Shown here: one piece after another, positions 58,707-64,000 of the stretch | Layout: each line of letters opens with the position of its first letter | Position numbering within the stretch: the stretch's first letter is position 1 | Source of the DNA: Polyangiales bacterium | Lineage (GTDB): Bacteria; Myxococcota_A; Polyangia; Polyangiales; Ga0077539 | NCBI GenBank assembly: GCA_044229975.1 | Contig: JBGARZ010000005.1 | Location: forward strand, 352,001 to 416,000 | Reading direction: 5' to 3' | Length of the DNA stretch: 64,000 nt | Program-made: the position numbers and the translations under genes | The notes under the pieces: model-generated | What the model saw: only the letters and a program-made list of their open reading frames with translations | Database searches by the model: none | What the model was told of the DNA's origin: nothing

Positions 58707-58852
58707 TTCGAAGCGACGGTCGGCCGGGGCTCCCGGTGGGCGACCGCGCACGTTGCTTCCCTCCGAGCGCGCGTCGGGAGTAGCGTCGCCGTCGTCGGGT
58801 CCTTTGTCGGGGGACCAACACCCTCCCTTTCTCCACGCCGCATGAGACGCCG

Positions 58853-61402
58853 GTGAACACGCGCAACCGCACCCTCCTCGCCCTGAGTCTCACCGCCGCC
58901 CTCGGCGCCCTCCCCCGCGCCGCCCACGCCGACGAGCGCACCGAAGCCCGTCGCCACTTCCGGGCGGGACTCGACCTCGTCACGCAGCGGCAGTACGTGC
59001 GCGCCATCGAGGAGTTCCAGGCGGCGTACGCCATCCTCCCCAACGTCAACGTGCTCTTCAACATCGCCCGCGCGTACAGCGACGTGGGCGACGTCGACCG
59101 CGCCCTCGACTACTACCAGCGCTACCTGCTCGCGGACGTTCCTGATCGCGCCGAAGTCGAGCAGACCATCCGCGACCTCGAACAACGCCGCCGCGCCGCC
59201 ACCGCCCCGCCCGCTCCGACGCCCGCCACGCCCGCGGTCAACCCGACGCCCGTCAACCCGACCGCGACGCCCGTCGCGCCCGTCGGCCCGACCGGGACGC
59301 TCTCCCCCGAACAGGTCGCCGCGCTCCGCTCCGCCGCCGACACGCTGCTCCAGCTCGCCGGCAACGCACCCGCGACCATCGCCGCGACGCCTGCCACGCC
59401 CGCATCGCCGACGACTCCCACGACACCGCCGACCACCGGTCCCGCGCGTGGCGCCGACGACACCTACGAGGAGCGCGTGGTCACCGCCACGCTCACGGCG
59501 CAGAGCCCGCTCGATTCGCCCAACGCCACGTCCGTCATCACGGCGCAGGACATCCGCCTGTCGGGCCTCTCCAACGTCGCCGAGATGCTGCGCCGCGCGG
59601 TGGGCGTCGACGTGATGTCCCTCGACAACAGCGACCAGCAGGTGGGCATCCGCGGCTTCAACCGCCGCCTCTCCAACCGCGTGCTCGTCCTCATCGACGG
59701 CCGCTCGGTCTACCTCGACTTCATCGGCGTCACGCTCTGGTCGATGCTCCCGGTCAACCCGGAGGAGATCGAGCGCATCGAGGTCATCCGCGGTCCGGGC
59801 TCGGCCCTCTACGGCGCCGACGCCTACTCCGGCGTCATCAACATCATCACCCGAACCCCCGGCGAAGGACGCAACTCCGTCACCGTCGGCGCGGGCAACG
59901 GCGGCGTCCTCCGCACCACCATCACCAACTCGGGACGGGCGGGCAACGTCGGCTACCGCACCGGCGTCGGCTACGAGCAGGGATACACCTTCGGCCGCCT
60001 CGTCCCCCCGACCGACCTCTCGTATCGGATCGGCGCCAACGACACCAACCGCTCGCTCCAGAACCTCCACGCCGACATCGACCTGCGCTCGCAGCTCTCG
60101 CGCTCGCTCTCCATCCAAGGCGGTCTCGCGGCTACCACCGGGACCATCTGGTTCAACGCCATCGGGCCGCTGCGGCGCTTCTGGACGGACATCACCTTCG
60201 TCCAGCCGTACCTCCAGCTCAACGCCGGCGGCTTCACCGCGCGCGCCTTCATGAACCACGTCCAGGGCGAGTCCGGCGAGGTCCTCCAGCGCGTCGGGAC
60301 GCCCCCCATCAACACCCAGTTCACCCAGGACATCATCGACGTGGAAGCCCGCTACAACCGGGGTTTTCGCCTCGGGCCCGTCGGCTTCGACCTCACCCTC
60401 GGCGGGTCCTACCGGGCGAAGCACATCTCGTGGTCGTTCCTCGACGCCGACCACCTGCTGCACCACTTCGCGGGCTTCGTGCAGGCGCAGGCCCGCTTCG
60501 CGCCGCAGTTCTCCGCCACCGCCTCGCTGCGCGTCGACCGCCACCCGGTGCTCGACTCGCCGGTGCTCTCGCCCCGCCTCGCGCTCATCTACAAGCCCAC
60601 CGCCCGGCGCGCGTTGCGACTCACCGGCGCGACGTCGTTTCGCACGCCGACGATGCTCGAGCTCTACCTCAACCTCGCCAACCCATCACCGTTGCCCGGT
60701 GTGTCGGTGCAGGCCCAGGGCGGTGAGGTCTTCAACAACGGCGCGCAGCGACTCTCCGCCGAGAGCGCCGTCTCCGTCGACATCGGCTGGCAGGACCAGA
60801 CCTCCGACCGCTTCCAGTACGAGCTCGGCGCCTTCTTCATGCGCGGCGTCGACCTCATCGAGCTCACCAACGTGCTCTTCAACCCGCTCCCCGGATCGCC
60901 CAACCCCGGCGGCCTCGTCGACGCCGGGCGCTTCCGCTTCGCCAACGACCCCTTCGCGACCTCCATGTACGGAGTGGAAGCCGCCTTCCGCGTCGCCCCC
61001 GTCGAGGGCCTCGACCTCTTCGCCAACTACACCTTCGCGTACACCCAGCAGCAGACCGGCGCGGGTCTCCGCCTCGATGACCAGCGCACGCCGCAGCACA
61101 AGCTCAACGTCGGGGCCCAGGTGCGCACCGCCTTCGGTCTGGACGTCGAGGTCACCGGCAACCTCGTCTCGTCCCAGATATGGCGAGAGCAGGACTTCGA
61201 CGCCGCCCGCGGCGTGGTGCTCAACACCTATCCATTGGACACCTACTTCCTCCTCAATGGTCGGGTCGGCTACCGCGCCCTCCGCGACCGCTTGGAGTTT
61301 GGCGTCGTCGGCACCAACCTCACCGACAACCGCGCGCGGCAGCACCCCTTCGGCGCCCCCATCGGCGCCCGCGTCATGGCGACCGTCGCCTTCCGCTATT
61401 GA
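58853..61402 (+). CDS. TonB-dependent receptor with N-terminal TPR domain
   Basis: Signal peptide, TPR helices, P/T linker, plug VLVLIDGR...IERIEVIRGPGSALYG..A..GVINIIT, barrel ending FRY. Confidence 0.92.
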   Translation: MNTRNRTLLALSLTAALGALPRAAHADERTEARRHFRAGLDLVTQRQYVRAIEEFQAAYAILPNVNVLFNIARAYSDVGDVDRALDYYQRYLLADVPDRAEVEQTIRDLEQRRRAATAPPAPTPATPAVNPTPVNPTATPVAPVGPTGTLSPEQVAALRSAADTLLQLAGNAPATIAATPATPASPTTPTTPPTTGPARGADDTYEERVVTATLTAQSPLDSPNATSVITAQDIRLSGLSNVAEMLRRAVGVDVMSLDNSDQQVGIRGFNRRLSNRVLVLIDGRSVYLDFIGVTLWSMLPVNPEEIERIEVIRGPGSALYGADAYSGVINIITRTPGEGRNSVTVGAGNGGVLRTTITNSGRAGNVGYRTGVGYEQGYTFGRLVPPTDLSYRIGANDTNRSLQNLHADIDLRSQLSRSLSIQGGLAATTGTIWFNAIGPLRRFWTDITFVQPYLQLNAGGFTARAFMNHVQGESGEVLQRVGTPPINTQFTQDIIDVEARYNRGFRLGPVGFDLTLGGSYRAKHISWSFLDADHLLHHFAGFVQAQARFAPQFSATASLRVDRHPVLDSPVLSPRLALIYKPTARRALRLTGATSFRTPTMLELYLNLANPSPLPGVSVQAQGGEVFNNGAQRLSAESAVSVDIGWQDQTSDRFQYELGAFFMRGVDLIELTNVLFNPLPGSPNPGGLVDAGRFRFANDPFATSMYGVEAAFRVAPVEGLDLFANYTFAYTQQQTGAGLRLDDQRTPQHKLNVGAQVRTAFGLDVEVTGNLVSSQIWREQDFDAARGVVLNTYPLDTYFLLNGRVGYRALRDRLEFGVVGTNLTDNRARQHPFGAPIGARVMATVAFRY

Positions 61403-61416
61403 TGGAGCGATGTGAG

Positions 61417-63009
61417 ATGAACCGCCCCCTCCCCCTCATCCTCGCGTCCCTCCTCCTCGGCTGCATGGACGCGCCGCTCGACCGCGACCGCGAGGACGGA
61501 TACCCCAACCACAACGCCCCCCTCGGCCGCATCGAAGGGACCATCCTCTACGAAGGCCCTACGCCCACGCTCGACCGCGACGGTCGGCCCCTCGGGCGCG
61601 TCGTGCTGCTGCTCTTCAAGGCCGACAACCCGCCGCCGCCGCAGGGTCTCGCCACCACCGCGGAGTCGGTTCAGACCATCCCCGCGTCGCAGGTGTTCAC
61701 CCAGCTCACGCCGACGTTGCCGGGTTACGTGCGGGCCAGCGTGCCCTTCGTCTTTCCCAACATCACCAGCGGCGGCCTCTATCAATTGAGGGCGTTCTAT
61801 TCCAACAGGGATGAGCGCACGGGCTTCCAACCGGTCTTCGGTGTGCGCAGCCAGCCGGTGCGCGGCGACGTCGGCGGCGGCGCGGTGCTCGACCCGCGCG
61901 CGACCGTCCCGTCCTTCCTCAGCATCCCCGTCGGAACCCCCAACGGCAGCGGCGTCTACACCCTCCCGGAGACCGGCGCCGTCACCGGGGACGTCACCGT
62001 CTTCATCGGCTCTCCCATCACCGAAGACCGCCCGGTCTTCCATGTAAGCCCCGCGCCGCCCGAGCGCGGGCAGACCTTCACCCCCGTGGCCCTCGAAGCC
62101 CGCCCCGCCCTCGGCGCCGCGCAGACCAACTACGCCTCGCGCACCGGCTTCATCAGCCCTGACGCGCGGGCCTACGAGATCCCCAGCAACACCCCGGCGA
62201 CGGACCTCCTGACCTTCCTCGGCGCGCTCCCGCGGCTGACCCTCAGCGGCGGGCTGCCCGACGCCGAGGTGCCCAACGCCGCCAACGCCGGCGTGGTCTT
62301 CACCAACCCCGTCCCCTTCGCCCTCGGAACCGTCTACCGCCCCCAGCACCCCACCCTCTTCGCGCCCAACACCATGGGCGCCGAGCCCCCGGTGCTGCGC
62401 TTCCCGTGGGTGTTTCCGCTCGCCATCCTGGTGAAGCTCCACGAGCCCACCGTCGAAGAGCGCGCCGTGCTCACGGCGGCGGCGCCCGACCCGCTCAGCC
62501 TCGCCCGCATCGTGAGCGCCCTCAACCAGCCCGAGCGCGCCGCAGGTACCGTCCCCGTCGTGATGTTTGGCAGCGTCGTGCCGGACAGTGGCTTGCAGGA
62601 CTTCGCGACCATCGTGCGCCCCGCGCCCGCTCCGCCCGTGGTGCAGCCCTCGGTGCAGGTGGTCTTTCCCCCGGTGGCCTTCGAGATCCGCGGACCCAAC
62701 CCCGAGCGCGACTGGGCTGCCATCGTCCCGCGGCTCCCGCCGCCCATCGCGGCCTCCACGGGTGCGCTGCCTCCGGGGTCGCGCTGCGCCGGTGCCCGCG
62801 GCCTGCCGCCGGGGCGCTACTCGCTCACCATCGTGACCGCGCGCGGCGCCACCTGGACCCTGCCCAACGACCTCGCGCCGCAGACCTTCCCCCCGCGCGT
62901 CGCGGGCGCGCCCATCACCTCGGCCGCGTCGCAGGGCGCGGTCGTGCGCATCGTCGCCGCACCGGCCCAGGCGGGCAACGTCTGCCCCGCAGGGATCCCG
63001 TCGGATTAG
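61417..63009 (+). CDS. Lipoprotein, probable partner of the TonB-dependent receptor
   Basis: Lipobox LLGC; starts directly after the receptor; beta- and Pro-rich. Confidence 0.75.
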   Translation: MNRPLPLILASLLLGCMDAPLDRDREDGYPNHNAPLGRIEGTILYEGPTPTLDRDGRPLGRVVLLLFKADNPPPPQGLATTAESVQTIPASQVFTQLTPTLPGYVRASVPFVFPNITSGGLYQLRAFYSNRDERTGFQPVFGVRSQPVRGDVGGGAVLDPRATVPSFLSIPVGTPNGSGVYTLPETGAVTGDVTVFIGSPITEDRPVFHVSPAPPERGQTFTPVALEARPALGAAQTNYASRTGFISPDARAYEIPSNTPATDLLTFLGALPRLTLSGGLPDAEVPNAANAGVVFTNPVPFALGTVYRPQHPTLFAPNTMGAEPPVLRFPWVFPLAILVKLHEPTVEERAVLTAAAPDPLSLARIVSALNQPERAAGTVPVVMFGSVVPDSGLQDFATIVRPAPAPPVVQPSVQVVFPPVAFEIRGPNPERDWAAIVPRLPPPIAASTGALPPGSRCAGARGLPPGRYSLTIVTARGATWTLPNDLAPQTFPPRVAGAPITSAASQGAVVRIVAAPAQAGNVCPAGIPSD

Positions 63010-63122
63010 GCCCGCGGCAGCGTGGGACGCTGGACAGCCCCCGCGCGGCTGTGGGAGGTTCCGGCCCTCAGCGACATGCGTGCGGCGAAACTTCGATCAT
63101 CGACCGTATCGGGAGGATCTCG

Positions 63123-64000
63123 GTGAACATCACCTGCCCTCGTTGTGGCAAGGAGAACCCCGAGGACGTGCGCTTCTGCCTCGGCTGCGGCACCGACCTG
63201 CACGGCCGCGGTAGCGTCGCGTCGTCCATCGGTCGACCGCCTCCGCTCGGCGTCCCGCCGCGCCTCCAGCCGCCGCCTCCGCTCGGTGCGCCGCGCCCCG
63301 CGGGCGGCACTGGCCCGGCGCCCCTCGGCCCGCCGCCCGGTCCGGCGGCGTTCGGTGGCGGGCCCGCGCCGCTCAACGCGCCGCCGTCGCTCTCGTCCAA
63401 TCCCCTCAGCGCCTCGACCCCCACCAGCAACCCGGTCAACCCCAACGGACCGCTGCTCGGCCCGATGCCCTCCCTCGCGGGCCCGCCCGGTCTCGGCGCG
63501 CCTCCGGGCATCGGTGGCCCTCCCGGACTCGGTGGCTTCTCTCCGTCGCCGATGGGCCCGCCTCCGTCGCTCGCAGGCGCTGCCCCCATGGGCGGCATGC
63601 CGCCGCTCCTCGGTGCGATGCCGCCGCTGCCCGGTGCCGCGCCGCCGCCCGTTGCGCCTGTCGCTCCGGCCGCGATGCCGCCGTCCATGGGTGGTCTTCC
63701 GCCGCTCATGGGCTCGATGCCCTCGCTGCCTGGCGCGGCGCCGCCCGCCATGCCCGCGATGCCCGGTGCGTTTCCTCCGCCCGTCGGGCCCGCGATGCCG
63801 CCTGCCATGTCGCCCAACCCCTTCGGGTCGGCCATGGCGCCGGTGCCGCCCATCGCCGCCAACCTCCCGCCGCCCGTCGGCATGGGGCCGCCGCCGGTGC
63901 CCCCGATGGGGCCGCCCCCGGTGCCGCCGATGGGGCCGCCCCCGGTGCCCGCCAGCTTCGGCGCCAGTGATCCCTTCGGCTCGGCTGATCCCTTTGGTGG
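63123..64000 (+). CDS. Zinc-ribbon protein with long Pro-rich region (runs off the window edge)
   Basis: GGGAGG RBS; GTG start; CPRCGKEN....FCLGCG, followed by PPMG-type repeats. Confidence 0.8.
   Translation, partial: MNITCPRCGKENPEDVRFCLGCGTDLHGRGSVASSIGRPPPLGVPPRLQPPPPLGAPRPAGGTGPAPLGPPPGPAAFGGGPAPLNAPPSLSSNPLSASTPTSNPVNPNGPLLGPMPSLAGPPGLGAPPGIGGPPGLGGFSPSPMGPPPSLAGAAPMGGMPPLLGAMPPLPGAAPPPVAPVAPAAMPPSMGGLPPLMGSMPSLPGAAPPAMPAMPGAFPPPVGPAMPPAMSPNPFGSAMAPVPPIAANLPPPVGMGPPPVPPMGPPPVPPMGPPPVPASFGASDPFGSADPFG

Noticed and set aside
63068..63883. 271-aa Gly-rich minus-strand ORF
   Set aside because: Antisense of the Pro-rich zinc-ribbon gene, which has an RBS and CxxC motifs.
1..64000. Selenoprotein (in-frame UGA) candidates, prompted by selB
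   Set aside because: No recognised gene appeared to be interrupted by TGA at a catalytic Cys position; this was not an exhaustive scan.

Overview
Very GC-rich (about 70% or more, by eye), densely coding bacterial chromosome segment. The many Cys-rich and D[AG]G-rich lipoproteins, plus FHA, PilZ and TPR-TonB receptor proteins, suggest Myxococcota (Polyangiales-like); this is an inference. About 53 CDS can be supported. They include serA, selB, a cystathionine gamma-lyase/synthase, an Lhr helicase with its PdeM-type phosphoesterase, a class A beta-lactamase, a two-component system next to a FAD oxidase/Rieske oxygenase cluster, and an ABC-ATPase + TOPRIM-like pair that may be a defence module. 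No rRNA, tRNA, CRISPR array or transposase was recognised. Three intergenic repeat elements are present. The standout is 54609..57434 (-): a ClpA/C-type double AAA+ protein with a VGF ClpP-docking-type loop, fused to a full-length RF2-like domain that lacks both the SPF and GGQ motifs. It is a candidate ribosome-linked quality-control machine. At least 12 genes also have a TAnnnT -10-like box 6-9 nt before the start codon, suggesting widespread leaderless mRNAs. All family assignments come from motif recognition by eye, not from database searches.
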